64,000 nt of DNA. It comes from Prochlorococcus sp. AG-402-I20. Its GTDB lineage: Bacteria > Cyanobacteriota > Cyanobacteriia > PCC-6307 > Cyanobiaceae. The stretch is taken from positions 13,972 to 77,971 of the forward strand of contig QCHY01000006.1 of the NCBI GenBank assembly GCA_003216975.1, in the 5' to 3' direction. Shown here piece by piece: positions 28,427-39,191 of the stretch. Position numbers and translations under genes: made by a program. Position 1 is the first letter of the stretch. Every line of letters begins with the position of its first letter. A model generated the notes under the pieces. It was not told the origin of the DNA, searched no databases, and worked only from the letters and a program-made list of their open reading frames with translations.

Positions 28427-30844
28427 ATGAAACAATCAAACAATATATTTTTGAATGGATTAAACCAAGCTCAGTCTCAAGCAGTTGATCATTTTCATGG
28501 TCCATTATTAGTGATAGCAGGAGCAGGGAGTGGAAAAACCAGAGCACTTACTCATCGTATTGCTCATTTGATTATTGAATATAAGGTTGATCCAAGCTCT
28601 ATTCTTGCAGTCACTTTTACCAATAAAGCTGCAAGGGAAATGAAAGATAGACTTGAATTACTTTTAGCAAAAAGATTAGCAACTATCAGTCATGGAAAGC
28701 CATGGTCTGCCTTACAAGTTGCAGAACAAAGACAAATCCGCAATCGTATATATCGTGAAATAAGCCGTGAATTATGGATAGGAACTTTTCACGCATTATT
28801 TGCAAGATTATTACGTTTTGATATTGACAAGTTCAAAGATCCTGAAGGATTAACATGGACCAGACAGTTTTCAATATACGATGAAACAGATGCACAAAGT
28901 CTTATCAAAGAAATAGTTACTCAAGACCTGCAATTAGATCCTAAAAGATTTGAGCCCAAAAAAGTCCGCTGGGCAATCAGTAATGCCAAAAATCAATGCT
29001 TACTTCCTGATGATTTATCAAAGAATCAAGAGGGTCAGAGAGGTAAGTTAGTTGCTGAAACTTATAGACTTTATAGGAAAGCTTTAGCTGCTAATAATGC
29101 ATTAGATTTTGATGATCTTCTATTAATACCTGTTCAATTACTGCAGCAAAATGAAAACATTAGAACTTATTGGCACAATCGTTTTAAACATGTTTTAGTC
29201 GATGAATATCAAGATACTAATTGGACACAATACGAATTAATTAAACAATTGGTTACCAATGGCAAAGATCCATCTTCTTTTAAAGATTGGAAAAATCGAT
29301 CAGTTTTTGTTGTAGGTGATGCAGATCAAAGTATCTACAGCTTTAGAGCTGCGGACTTTAGGATACTTATGGGATTCCAAGAGGACTTCGGAAAGAAAAC
29401 CCAAGACAATACAAATGATTCAACCCTAGTAAAACTTGAAGAAAATTATCGTTCGACCTCTACCATCCTCGAAGCAGCAAATTCACTAATTTCCAATAAT
29501 AAAGAAAGAATAGATAAAGTTCTTAGAGCAACTAGAGGAAAAGGTGAACCTATTAAATTAACTAGGTGTGACGATGAGATAGCAGAGGCAGAGGCAGTTA
29601 TTCATAGGCTAAGAATTTTAGATGCCTCGAATCCAGAATTAAATTGGGGAGATATGGCTATTCTTTATAGAACTAATGCACAATCAAGAACCATTGAGGA
29701 TTCATTGGTCCGCTGGAGTATTCCGTACATTGTGGTTGGAGGACTGCGTTTTTATGACAGAAGAGAAATCAAAGATTTACTAGCTTATTTAAGACTATTA
29801 ATTAACCCATCTGACAGTGTCAGTCTTCTAAGAGTTTTAAACGTTCCTAAAAGAGGGATTGGTAAAACAACGGTTCAAAGATTGAGTGATGCTGCTAGTC
29901 AATTAAAAATTCCTCTTTGGGAAGTTGTAAATGACCCCGAAGCCGTAAGGTCTCTCGCTGGAAGATCTGCTAAAGGTCTTTTGATTTTTAGTGAGCTTAT
30001 CAATGAATTACAAAGTCATCTTCTTTCTTCAAGCCCTGCTGAGTTGGTTCAATTAGTTTTAGAAAAAAGTGGCTACTTAAGTGAATTAATTGCAATAGGA
30101 ACAGATGAGGCAGAAGAAAGAAGGCGCAATCTTCAAGAATTAGTTAATGCTGCTCTGCAATATCAGGAAGAAAGTGAAGAAGGGAATTTAGAAGGTTTTT
30201 TATCTTCAGCTGCGTTGTCAAGCGATGCAGACAATAAAGACACTGCTTCGAATCGAGTCACATTAATGACTCTTCACAGCAGTAAAGGTTTGGAGTTTCC
30301 TGTTGTTTGTCTTGTTGGAATGGAGCAAGGCTTATTCCCCAGCTATAGATCACTTGATGATCCATCTTCACTTGAGGAGGAAAGGCGACTTTGTTACGTA
30401 GGACTTACTAGAGCGAAAGAAAAACTATTTCTCTTTCATGCATCAGAGAGAAGAATGTGGGGAGGCATGAGAGAACCTGCTATCGCATCTACATTTCTCT
30501 CCGAAATCCCAGAAGAGCTAGTTAAAGGCGATATTCCTTTATCGGGTGGAGCTACAATAAGAAGAGACAAAAATCTAGATAGACTTACTAGAATTGATCG
30601 CCAAACTAATAAAAAGTCTTTTCTTAGTGGAGCTGAAAATGGAGTAAGAAAAACATATTCTGGTCCTTCCCCAGGGAAAAGATGGTCAGTAAACGACAGA
30701 GTTGAACATTCCTCATTTGGAGAAGGGAAAATCACACATGTTTTTGGTTCAGGAGAAAAAATCTCGCTTGCTATAAAGTTCTCAGGGATGGGACCAAAAA
30801 TATTGGATCCAAGACTAGCTCCATTGAAATTAATAGATGAGTAA
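28427..30844 (+). CDS. uvrD: ATP-dependent DNA helicase UvrD/PcrA
   Basis: IAGAGSGKTR, VDEYQDTN, VGDADQSIYSFRAA, LEENYRS, MTLHSSKGLEFP, EERRLCYVGLTRA. Confidence 0.96.
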   Translation: MKQSNNIFLNGLNQAQSQAVDHFHGPLLVIAGAGSGKTRALTHRIAHLIIEYKVDPSSILAVTFTNKAAREMKDRLELLLAKRLATISHGKPWSALQVAEQRQIRNRIYREISRELWIGTFHALFARLLRFDIDKFKDPEGLTWTRQFSIYDETDAQSLIKEIVTQDLQLDPKRFEPKKVRWAISNAKNQCLLPDDLSKNQEGQRGKLVAETYRLYRKALAANNALDFDDLLLIPVQLLQQNENIRTYWHNRFKHVLVDEYQDTNWTQYELIKQLVTNGKDPSSFKDWKNRSVFVVGDADQSIYSFRAADFRILMGFQEDFGKKTQDNTNDSTLVKLEENYRSTSTILEAANSLISNNKERIDKVLRATRGKGEPIKLTRCDDEIAEAEAVIHRLRILDASNPELNWGDMAILYRTNAQSRTIEDSLVRWSIPYIVVGGLRFYDRREIKDLLAYLRLLINPSDSVSLLRVLNVPKRGIGKTTVQRLSDAASQLKIPLWEVVNDPEAVRSLAGRSAKGLLIFSELINELQSHLLSSSPAELVQLVLEKSGYLSELIAIGTDEAEERRRNLQELVNAALQYQEESEEGNLEGFLSSAALSSDADNKDTASNRVTLMTLHSSKGLEFPVVCLVGMEQGLFPSYRSLDDPSSLEEERRLCYVGLTRAKEKLFLFHASERRMWGGMREPAIASTFLSEIPEELVKGDIPLSGGATIRRDKNLDRLTRIDRQTNKKSFLSGAENGVRKTYSGPSPGKRWSVNDRVEHSSFGEGKITHVFGSGEKISLAIKFSGMGPKILDPRLAPLKLIDE

Positions 30845-30888
30845 AATTTAAAATAAAAAATATTAATTACTTAAAAATCATATATCTC

Positions 30889-32145
30889 ATGGAATTATTT
30901 AAGAAATCTAAAATTGAAAAAGAGATAAGAGCATTACCAAATGGAATTTTAACAATTCTAGTAGAGGCAGCAGTCTCGGTTAATATAAATTCTATTGCGA
31001 TAGTTGGAGGTGTTGTTAGAGACTTAATAACAAAGTCTAAAAATCAAGATTTTGAAATTATCTTTAATGATCTAGATTTAATCATTGAAGGCGATACATC
31101 AATCTATGTAAAAGAATTGCAAAAGATTCTTGGACCAGAAAGAGTAAAAGTCATACGCAATAACAGAAATTATAAAACCTCAGAAATACAAATTAATGGA
31201 ATAAAAATTGATATTGCAGCTGCTCGTGTAGAAAAGTATCCAATCCCAGGAGAAAATCCAATAGTCGAATCATCAACAATCAAAAATGATCTAATCAGAA
31301 GAGATTTTAATATAAATGCAATGGCAATTGAGCTGAAAGAGAATAAATTAATAGATTTATTTTATGGATTAGATGCTATTAACCATATGGAAATGGACTT
31401 TTTGCATGAATCAAGTGTTCTAGATGATCCAACTAGAATCATTAGGGCTTCTCGCTATTCTGCAAAGTTAGACTTTGATCTATCAAATCAAGCCTTAAGA
31501 CAAATAAAAGATACAGTAAATCTTTGGCCATGGAATTGGAATATTGGAGATAATACTGATTTAGCACCTTCAGCATTATCAATACGATTAAAAATGGAAC
31601 TCGAATTACTTTTAAAAAGTAAATATTGGAAGAATGGATTAAAAAAATTACAAACCTGGGAGGGTCTAAAAATAGTAGATTCTAAATTACAGAATGATAA
31701 GAGACTCGTCGAAAAGATATTGATTGCAAAGAAGTCAAACATTGAACCTCTAACAGCATTAGTTTACGAATCTAAAAACCCTATCTCTCTTGCCAAAAGA
31801 CTACACCTAGATCAACAACAAAAAGAAATAATAGAAGGAGCTTGTCAATTAAACAAATATCTAGAGAATCTAGCAGCTAATGATTTATATAAAAAGTGGC
31901 CTCCATCAAAGTGGACAAGTTTTCTAGAGGAAATAAATGCGAATGACTCTTCTTTCTTACTTGAAATATGCAAAGAAAACCCTCTTAAAGAATATTTGAA
32001 AGCTTGGCTATATAAATGGAGACATATAGATTCTCCAATAAAAGGAGATGATTTAATAGCTAAAGGTTGGTCCCCTGGACCAGAAATAGGAATAGAGATA
32101 AAACGACAAAGAATGAAATTAATTGACGAAGAAAATATTTACTAA
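30889..32145 (+). CDS. tRNA nucleotidyltransferase / poly(A) polymerase family protein
   Basis: VGGVVRD, DLDL, RRDFNINAMA, DDPTRIIRASRY motifs. Confidence 0.88.
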   Translation: MELFKKSKIEKEIRALPNGILTILVEAAVSVNINSIAIVGGVVRDLITKSKNQDFEIIFNDLDLIIEGDTSIYVKELQKILGPERVKVIRNNRNYKTSEIQINGIKIDIAAARVEKYPIPGENPIVESSTIKNDLIRRDFNINAMAIELKENKLIDLFYGLDAINHMEMDFLHESSVLDDPTRIIRASRYSAKLDFDLSNQALRQIKDTVNLWPWNWNIGDNTDLAPSALSIRLKMELELLLKSKYWKNGLKKLQTWEGLKIVDSKLQNDKRLVEKILIAKKSNIEPLTALVYESKNPISLAKRLHLDQQQKEIIEGACQLNKYLENLAANDLYKKWPPSKWTSFLEEINANDSSFLLEICKENPLKEYLKAWLYKWRHIDSPIKGDDLIAKGWSPGPEIGIEIKRQRMKLIDEENIY

Positions 32146-34319
32146 GAAATGAACCCAATTTTAGTCCAAGGTCCTTTCTGTATAAGTTTTTCCGAATGAA
32201 TGGGTGAACAACTAATAACTAAAGGGCCACAAGTTTGCGGGTCTATTAAAATTCTCAGCATAGCATTATAAAACGAATCTTTAGGAACAAAATTGTTAGA
32301 AATTAGATCAAATTTTAAATTTTTTTCTCCATAGATATATTTTAAAAAAATTTCATTTGAAGGAGCAAAAGTACTCTCAAAGCCTTGGTTTAAAAGTTCT
32401 ATAACACCATCATAGACTGGTATATTATCTAGCTCAAGAATGATTTTGAAAGGATCTAAATTCATCTTCAATTGCTCGGTATTTGTAGAATCCAACATTT
32501 CAGATAAATGGCCTAGCAAACCAAAACCAGTTATATCAGTACATGCATTAATAATTTTTTTGCGTGGATTTCTATTTTCTAATTGATTAATATAATTAAC
32601 AATATTATGCTGACTTTTATTCATTTCTTTTAAAACAGAATCAAGTATATAAGGTTTTAATTGACCATTCATAAATGCCGAAAAAATAATTCCAGTTCCT
32701 AAAGAACGACTAATTAGAATCTGATCTCCTTGTTTCATTCCTCGCTTAGACCAAAAATATTTTTTATCATCAATAGTTCCATTTACAGTTAATGAACTTT
32801 CAATAGCCAGAGAGAATGGTTCTTCTGATATTTTTCTTGATTCTAATGTATGCCCACCTATAAGGTTTGCGCCTTGAATAACTAAAGCAGAATTAATACC
32901 TTCTAATACTTGAAATAACAATTCTTGCTGTAAATCATGGGACAAGGTTGGTAAGTTCACAACAGATTGTGCAGAGATTACAGATCCTCCACATGCCCAA
33001 ATATCAGAACAAGAATGAAAAGCTAAAAGCCTCCCATTCAACCATGGATCACTGACTAAAGATGGGAATCCATCTACACTTTGTATCAATGTCTTACCAG
33101 AATTTAGTAGTTCTATATCAATAGAATCATCTGTTGAAGATTCTATTAAATCTAATTTTTTTAATGCTGAATTTAATGGTTTAAAAGCTACTTTTGCGGC
33201 ACATCCTCTACATTTAATCTTCTCTTCTTGAGAAAACATATTTGAATGTATTTCTTTGCTTAGATCAAATTTAGAGATAAATTTTCTATCAATTGATTCT
33301 TTTATTCTTGATAAAAAATGATAAGGTCCAATCATAAATTTACCCCAAGAAATAAAAGCTTTAGATTCTTTTTTTCTTGAGTTAATATCTAAAATCTGTA
33401 TTGCTTTTCTTTGAGGTTTCCATTCCTTAAGTTTAAAATATTTACTCATACTCTCTAAATTCTTTGCAAGTGGTTTTGCTGAACGAACTGCCCATACTCC
33501 AGAAGCAGGGCGAGGATGATTCTTTATAACTCCACAATCTCCTACAGCAAATAACTCAGGATAATTAAGAACTTGAAGAGTTTTTTTTGTTAGTACTCTC
33601 CCATCCTCATCTAAAGGTAAACAACTATCTTTTATCCAATCAAATGATTCATTACCTGTACATATTAATTTTGGATATAAAATAGATGGATCTTTTTGTA
33701 TGATCCTAATGTTAAAAGCCTTTAAATTTATTAATAGGTTTTTATTGAGTTTTATTCCTGATTTAACTTTTAATAGAATAGATCTTTTAGGCCATCTTTT
33801 TCTTAAAGAAAAAGCTATTTCTATTCCAGCGAATCCACCACCAATAATTACAAATGGTTTTGCAGAAGAATCATCTTTATGTATATCTTGATCGACAATA
33901 AACTTATATGATTCAGAGAAAGGTTTAATTGGAACAGCTAAATTTTTATCCCCTTGAATGAAGGATTTAGAATTTAAGTTAGTTTTTGTTCCTATATTTA
34001 GAGAAAGTGAAGAATATTGAATTTCTGGGCGTCCTGCTAAAAATAATTTTTTTTTCTTAGGTGCAATCCCCTCAATTTCTGCCATCACAAATGAAACGCC
34101 AGCTTTTGAAGCAAGGTTCCTCAAATCAATTAGTATTTCATCCATCTTGTATTTACCTGCTAACACACCTGGAAACATTCCAGAATAAATAGTAGTACTT
34201 GACTTATTGACTAAAGTAATCATTGCAGAAGGCTTCAATTTTGGATTCATTGCCCATCGAAGCAACACAAGGGCATGAGTATGACCACCACCAGCGAGAA
34301 CGAGATGATCACTGAACAT
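32142..34319 (-). CDS. selD: Selenide, water dikinase fused to an N-terminal FAD-dependent pyridine nucleotide-disulfide oxidoreductase domain
   Basis: LVLAGGGHTH, IIGGGFAGIE, FAVGDC; then CRGCAAK, GGHT, CTDITGFGLLGHL, DPQTCGPL. Confidence 0.9.
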   Translation of the reverse strand: MFSDHLVLAGGGHTHALVLLRWAMNPKLKPSAMITLVNKSSTTIYSGMFPGVLAGKYKMDEILIDLRNLASKAGVSFVMAEIEGIAPKKKKLFLAGRPEIQYSSLSLNIGTKTNLNSKSFIQGDKNLAVPIKPFSESYKFIVDQDIHKDDSSAKPFVIIGGGFAGIEIAFSLRKRWPKRSILLKVKSGIKLNKNLLINLKAFNIRIIQKDPSILYPKLICTGNESFDWIKDSCLPLDEDGRVLTKKTLQVLNYPELFAVGDCGVIKNHPRPASGVWAVRSAKPLAKNLESMSKYFKLKEWKPQRKAIQILDINSRKKESKAFISWGKFMIGPYHFLSRIKESIDRKFISKFDLSKEIHSNMFSQEEKIKCRGCAAKVAFKPLNSALKKLDLIESSTDDSIDIELLNSGKTLIQSVDGFPSLVSDPWLNGRLLAFHSCSDIWACGGSVISAQSVVNLPTLSHDLQQELLFQVLEGINSALVIQGANLIGGHTLESRKISEEPFSLAIESSLTVNGTIDDKKYFWSKRGMKQGDQILISRSLGTGIIFSAFMNGQLKPYILDSVLKEMNKSQHNIVNYINQLENRNPRKKIINACTDITGFGLLGHLSEMLDSTNTEQLKMNLDPFKIILELDNIPVYDGVIELLNQGFESTFAPSNEIFLKYIYGEKNLKFDLISNNFVPKDSFYNAMLRILIDPQTCGPLVISCSPIHSEKLIQKGPWTKIGFIS

Positions 34320-35237
34320 GATTTTTTAAATATTTCTGGAACACAATCAAAAACCTATGATTACAAAAAAGCTAGATTAGGAATTATTGGAGGAAGCGGA
34401 CTATATAGGATAGAAAATCTTAAAAACATAGTCGAATTAAGCTTAGACACTCCCTATGGAAAACCTTCTAATAAGTTACTAATAGGAAATCTCTTTGGAA
34501 TAGAGATTGTTTTTCTAGCTCGCCATGGAGAGAAACATACTTTAAATCCAAGCGAAATTCCATATAAAGCAAATATCTGGGCTATGCGCTACCTAAATGT
34601 TAGATGGTTAATATCGGCATCAGCTGTGGGGTCATTAAAAGAAAATATCAAACCTTGCGACATTGTCATCCCTGATCAATTTATTGATCGAACTCATCAA
34701 AGGCCATTGACTTTTTTCAACAATGGAGTTGTAGCTCACATAAGCATGGCAAATCCTTTTTGCGAAGTTCTTTCTCAAATTTTGTCGAAAGAAATAGAAA
34801 AACTTTTAACCAAAGAAAAAAAAATGCATATTGGAGGAACATATCTTGCTATGGAAGGACCAGCATTTTCAACAAAGGCAGAATCAAACTTATACAGAGA
34901 TTGGGGATGTTCAATCATAGGAATGACAAACCATACTGAAGCACGATTAGCAAAAGAAGCTGAAATCGCCTATTCAAGCCTATCCATGGTTACTGATTAT
35001 GATTGCTGGAATCAAAATTGCGAAAATGTATCTGTCGAGATGGTTATTGAGAATCTTCAGGAAAATGCAAATTTTGCAAAATCAATAATTTCTGCTGCTG
35101 CTAAAAGGATTTCATCATTGAGGCCTTCAAGCTCTTTTCATAATGCATTAAAAAATGCTCTAGTTACTCCAAAAGAGCACGTACCAAATAAAACTAAAGA
35201 CAAGATAAAATTATTTACAGATAAATATTGGCTTTAA
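34305..35237 (+). CDS. mtnP: S-methyl-5'-thioadenosine phosphorylase
   Basis: GIIGGSG, FLARHG, NIWAM, MEGPAFSTKAES, GMTNHTEARLAKE, VTDYDCW; start uncertain (34275/34281/34305). Confidence 0.92.
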   Translation: MITEHDFLNISGTQSKTYDYKKARLGIIGGSGLYRIENLKNIVELSLDTPYGKPSNKLLIGNLFGIEIVFLARHGEKHTLNPSEIPYKANIWAMRYLNVRWLISASAVGSLKENIKPCDIVIPDQFIDRTHQRPLTFFNNGVVAHISMANPFCEVLSQILSKEIEKLLTKEKKMHIGGTYLAMEGPAFSTKAESNLYRDWGCSIIGMTNHTEARLAKEAEIAYSSLSMVTDYDCWNQNCENVSVEMVIENLQENANFAKSIISAAAKRISSLRPSSSFHNALKNALVTPKEHVPNKTKDKIKLFTDKYWL

Positions 35238-35272
35238 AAAACCAACCGACAAAAATTGTCAGTTGGTTGTTT
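35237..35272 (-). terminator. Terminator between convergent mtnP and psbJ
   Basis: On - strand AACCAACUGACAA/UUGUCGGUUGGUU stem (one G-U) followed by a U-run. Confidence 0.7.
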
Positions 35273-35310
35273 TAAGTTATTTCAAATAAATAGTATTTTT
35301 CTAGTTAAAA

Positions 35311-35508
35311 CTAACCAGCGTTACCAATACCAGTGTATGAACCGTAAAAGAAAATACCAAGAACAAAAATAACAGCTGTTCCACCTGCAGTAGCTACTAA
35401 CCATAAAGGAAGTGCTCCCTCCGTCCACCGTCTTTCCCAGGAGACTGCAGGCATACCATTTGGTAGACGATCTCCTGCTCGTCCATCAGGTCCTTTTAAT
35501 TTGCTCAT
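35311..35508 (-). CDS. psbJ: Photosystem II protein J
   Basis: [30 protein letters not shown]; N-terminally extended form. Confidence 0.95.
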   Translation of the reverse strand: MSKLKGPDGRAGDRLPNGMPAVSWERRWTEGALPLWLVATAGGTAVIFVLGIFFYGSYTGIGNAG

Positions 35509-35519
35509 GATAAAGAGAT

Positions 35520-35639
35520 TTAGTTAAAGAAGTAACTGGAAAAAAGAATTCCCATTACAAAAACAAGTAAGAGTCCAAGATAAAGACTTGTTCGGTTTAA
35601 TTCAACCGGAACTTTATTTGGATTTGGATTGACTTGCAT
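35520..35639 (-). CDS. psbL: Photosystem II protein L (not in ORF track)
   Basis: Manual translation [39 protein letters not shown]. Confidence 0.96.
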
Positions 35640-35669
35640 GGATAGTAAAAGCAATCAGATGAAATTGGG

Positions 35670-35918
35670 TTATTTCAGACGCGTGTCAAGTTCAGCCTTG
35701 GAATCAAAGCGCTGAACAACAACAGGAGCTTTGCTTTCTCCAGCCTGAAAATACGTATCTGGTCTAGGAGTTCCAAAAGCGTCGTAGGCAAGCCCAGAAG
35801 ACACAAATAGGAATCCTGCCACGAAGATCGCAGGAAGTGCAACCGCATGGATAATCCAATAGCGGACACTAGTAATGATCTCAAAAAACGGGCGTTCCCC
35901 GGTAGAGCCGGCAGCCAT
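35670..35918 (-). CDS. psbE: Cytochrome b559 alpha subunit
   Basis: [21 protein letters not shown] (heme-ligand His), [12 protein letters not shown]. Confidence 0.98.
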   Translation of the reverse strand: MAAGSTGERPFFEIITSVRYWIIHAVALPAIFVAGFLFVSSGLAYDAFGTPRPDTYFQAGESKAPVVVQRFDSKAELDTRLK

Positions 35919-36025
35919 AGCCTCACTTAATCAGCTCAGTGATCTTATCAAGCGAAATCAAAAGAAACGATCTCTGTTGCAAGGTGGTTACACAGAGTCA
36001 TGGAAATCATCAAAAATTAATGATT

Positions 36026-37042
36026 TCAACCCTGCCATCGCAGTAAATTCCCCCTTTCTCCAAATACAAATCCCTTAGGACTGTCACTATTTAAATCGTC
36101 CACAAATAGAATTCTGATGAAATTTGTTGGAACAGATTCACCAACAGGGTCTTTTTCCCAAGTTTTTCCATCATCATTGCTTACTAATAATGTTCCACTA
36201 CCTCCCGCTGCCCAAATCGACTGAGATGGATCCCAAACTAGATCTTGATAGTTGTACCCATTGACGATTGGGATTATGGGCTTTGACCAGGAATCGACAT
36301 CATCAGGATCTGCATTGAATCTGATTTCAGCTCCTCTAGAAAGCATCCATAAATCACCATTTGGCTGCTCGCCAACACTTTGAACTCTTTTACTACTTGC
36401 TCTTTGATGAGGTCTCCATGTCTCTTCTCCTGGGTTTAGAACCGAGAAGAAGTTCCCAAGGCTACTAACACTTATATAGCCACCATTATTTGTGCGTCTT
36501 AATTCTCTTATACCTCCTGAACCTGAGGTATCAACAACTAATGCTTCCCAATTTGTACCAGCATCAGTTGTTTTATAAATTGCTCCAGCAGTGGTTGCCA
36601 GCTCAGCAGAATCAGTATCAATTGTTGTTATCAGATATGGATCTCCTGGCAACTTATTTCCCAAATCGATACGAGTCCAAATTTTCCCTCCATCAGTTGT
36701 ATGAAGAATTAATCCTGGTTGACCTGCAATCCAACCTTCTTGACCTTTGAAATCAACGCTTATCAAACGAAAGTTGCCTTCGCTTGGAATATCTAAATTT
36801 CTTTCATTCCACGTAATCCCTCCATCATTTGTCTCCAGAATTAACCTATTCGTACCGACTAAAAACCCATTTTTATCATCTACGAAGTCAACATCCAGTG
36901 GATTTGCCTCAGTATCAAGATCGACTAGTAACCAAGGGCTTGATGAACCCATGGAGGCATTGCTAACAGTACAACCACTAAGAGTTAATCCAACTATTAA
37001 GACAAGGGTCAAATTAATGACATTTGAAAACAGACGTTTCAT
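36026..37042 (-). CDS. ycf48: Photosystem II assembly factor Ycf48/HCF136
   Basis: Lipobox LSGC, repeated GW/GFxVG...LILxTxDGG beta-propeller units; upstream of psbE. Confidence 0.94.
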   Translation of the reverse strand: MKRLFSNVINLTLVLIVGLTLSGCTVSNASMGSSSPWLLVDLDTEANPLDVDFVDDKNGFLVGTNRLILETNDGGITWNERNLDIPSEGNFRLISVDFKGQEGWIAGQPGLILHTTDGGKIWTRIDLGNKLPGDPYLITTIDTDSAELATTAGAIYKTTDAGTNWEALVVDTSGSGGIRELRRTNNGGYISVSSLGNFFSVLNPGEETWRPHQRASSKRVQSVGEQPNGDLWMLSRGAEIRFNADPDDVDSWSKPIIPIVNGYNYQDLVWDPSQSIWAAGGSGTLLVSNDDGKTWEKDPVGESVPTNFIRILFVDDLNSDSPKGFVFGERGNLLRWQG

Positions 37043-37464
37043 TTCAAGGAATAAAGAGAGAGAAAACAGGCAGCTGCTAAAGCCAGGCTTCCAAAAATAA
37101 GAACGTTTTTCTGGCCTGAAGGAAGTTTATTAAATCCAAAGCCATAAGTAAGGTTTTCTTCAAATCCACTAGGCTTTGACTTAGGTCCAATATCCTTATA
37201 TCCACTAAATCCTACTCGACAGACTGGACATCTAAACTTCTCTCTATCTATGTCAAAGAATGCCGTTCCTGGCTCAATATTTAGCTTTTTTATACCCTCA
37301 TCAGGATCATAAATAAAACCACAACTCATGCATTCGAAGCGATTTCTTCTTGGATCAAAATCCTCGGTTAAATTTTTTGGTTCCAATGAAATAACTTGAT
37401 TCTGTTTTTCATCAGAACTCGAATTTCCAATAGGATTGGATTTTGTTTTGGTGTCTTCACTCAC
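37039..37464 (-). CDS. rubA: Membrane-anchored rubredoxin RubA
   Basis: [10 protein letters not shown] and CPVC motifs, C-terminal transmembrane helix; GTG at 37464 preferred start. Confidence 0.92.
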   Translation of the reverse strand: MSEDTKTKSNPIGNSSSDEKQNQVISLEPKNLTEDFDPRRNRFECMSCGFIYDPDEGIKKLNIEPGTAFFDIDREKFRCPVCRVGFSGYKDIGPKSKPSGFEENLTYGFGFNKLPSGQKNVLIFGSLALAAACFLSLYSLK

Positions 37465-37548
37465 AGTTTTCACTTTCACATATAACAACTCTATGGCACT
37501 AATCTAGAAAATGACTGTCAGACTGATATTGAAATCAGTAATTCATTC

Positions 37549-37911
37549 ATGTTTTCCCTTCAGGGTTATGAGTATTTTTTAGGATTTCTTCTTATTTCTG
37601 GAGCAGTTCCCATTCTTGCTCTCACTACAAATAAGCTAATTTCTCCTAAAAGCAAAGCAGGAGAAAGGCAGCTTACATATGAATCTGGAATGGAGCCCAT
37701 TGGAGGAGCATGGATCCAATTTAATATTCGTTACTACATGTTCGCTCTTGTTTTCGTTATATTTGATGTAGAGACAGTGTTCCTTTACCCATGGGCAGTT
37801 GCATTTCACAAACTTGGGTTATTAGCATTTATAGAAGCACTTGTTTTTATCACAATATTGGTTGTGGCATTAGCATATGCATGGAGAAAAGGTGCCCTTG
37901 AATGGAGTTAA
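37549..37911 (+). CDS. ndhC: NAD(P)H-quinone oxidoreductase subunit 3
   Basis: [40 protein letters not shown]. Confidence 0.97.
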   Translation: MFSLQGYEYFLGFLLISGAVPILALTTNKLISPKSKAGERQLTYESGMEPIGGAWIQFNIRYYMFALVFVIFDVETVFLYPWAVAFHKLGLLAFIEALVFITILVVALAYAWRKGALEWS

Positions 37912-38651
37912 AAGCATTGAATAAATCTCCCTCTTCTGAAGCAGTAAGAAATCTTAGAGAAGCTTCCTGTGGCCCTGTGGGATCACCAACAGTAACAAAC
38001 GATTTAAGCGAAAATATAATTCTCACAAGCCTTGAAGATCTTCATAACTGGGCAAGACTAAGCAGTCTATGGCCTCTTCTTTATGGAACTGCTTGTTGTT
38101 TTATTGAATTTGCAGCTCTAATTGGTTCTCGATTTGATTTTGACAGATTTGGATTAGTACCACGAAGTTCTCCTAGGCAAGCAGATTTATTGATAGTGGC
38201 AGGTACGGTTACAATGAAAATGGCACCTGCTCTTGTAAGGCTTTATGAGCAAATGCCAGATCCAAAATACGTAATAGCCATGGGGGCTTGCACCATTACT
38301 GGGGGCATGTTCAGCGCTGATTCAACCACAGCAGTTAGAGGTGTTGACAAATTAATACCAGTTGACCTTTACCTCCCTGGATGCCCTCCAAGACCAGAAG
38401 CAATATTTGATGCTGTTATTAAATTAAGAAAAAAAGTTGCAAACGAATCAATCTCTGAGAGATCAAAGATTACTCAAACTCATCGGTATTTAACTGTCCC
38501 TCATAAAATGAAGAGAGTGGAGTCAAAAGTTAATGGACAATATCTAAATGCAAAATCCCAACTAATTGCATTAAATCCTTCCCTATCTGAAGAGTTCAAT
38601 CAATCTTTAAAAGAGGTTCAAAAAATATCTGAAGAACTTTCAAGTAATTAA
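37902..38651 (+). CDS. ndhK: NAD(P)H-quinone oxidoreductase subunit K
   Basis: [34 protein letters not shown]. Confidence 0.97.
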   Translation: MELKALNKSPSSEAVRNLREASCGPVGSPTVTNDLSENIILTSLEDLHNWARLSSLWPLLYGTACCFIEFAALIGSRFDFDRFGLVPRSSPRQADLLIVAGTVTMKMAPALVRLYEQMPDPKYVIAMGACTITGGMFSADSTTAVRGVDKLIPVDLYLPGCPPRPEAIFDAVIKLRKKVANESISERSKITQTHRYLTVPHKMKRVESKVNGQYLNAKSQLIALNPSLSEEFNQSLKEVQKISEELSSN

Positions 38652-38668
38652 ACATCTCTTATAAAAAA

Positions 38669-39190
38669 ATGACAAATGAATCAGAAATTTTAATTGAAGA
38701 AAAAAACTCAGGTCCAATAAGCGATTGGCTCACTCAAAATGGATTTGAAAACACTCCTCTCCAAGATGACCACTTAGGAGTTGAAGTAATTAAAATCACA
38801 CCAAGCAAGCTTTTATCAATAGTTGAAGCATTAAAAAATGATGGATTTAACTATCTTCAATGTCAAGGTGGATACGATGAAGGTCCTGGTTTAAATATTG
38901 TATGTTTTTATAATTTGATAGAGATGAGTGAATTCAAGAAAGATATTACTCCTCGTGAAGTAAGATTAAAAGTATTCCTTGCTCGTGATGGGGACCTAAC
39001 TGTTCCTAGTTTATACAGTCTTTTCAGAGGAGCCGATTGGCAAGAAAGAGAAACATTCGATATGTATGGTGTTAACTTCAGAGGTCACCCTCATCCTAAA
39101 AGACTTTTAATGCCTGAAGATTGGAAAGGATGGCCACTTAGGAAGGACTATGTTCAGCCAGATTTTTACGAAATGCAAGATGCTTACTAA
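38669..39190 (+). CDS. ndhJ: NAD(P)H-quinone oxidoreductase subunit J
   Basis: [35 protein letters not shown]. Confidence 0.96.
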   Translation: MTNESEILIEEKNSGPISDWLTQNGFENTPLQDDHLGVEVIKITPSKLLSIVEALKNDGFNYLQCQGGYDEGPGLNIVCFYNLIEMSEFKKDITPREVRLKVFLARDGDLTVPSLYSLFRGADWQERETFDMYGVNFRGHPHPKRLLMPEDWKGWPLRKDYVQPDFYEMQDAY

Positions 39191-39191
39191 T

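Noticed and set aside
35675-36078. ORFs 35675-35926 (-) and 35875-36078 (+) as a displaced or frameshifted psbF
   Set aside because: Neither contains the RWLAVH motif or a PsbF-like helix; they are alternative or antisense frames of psbE.
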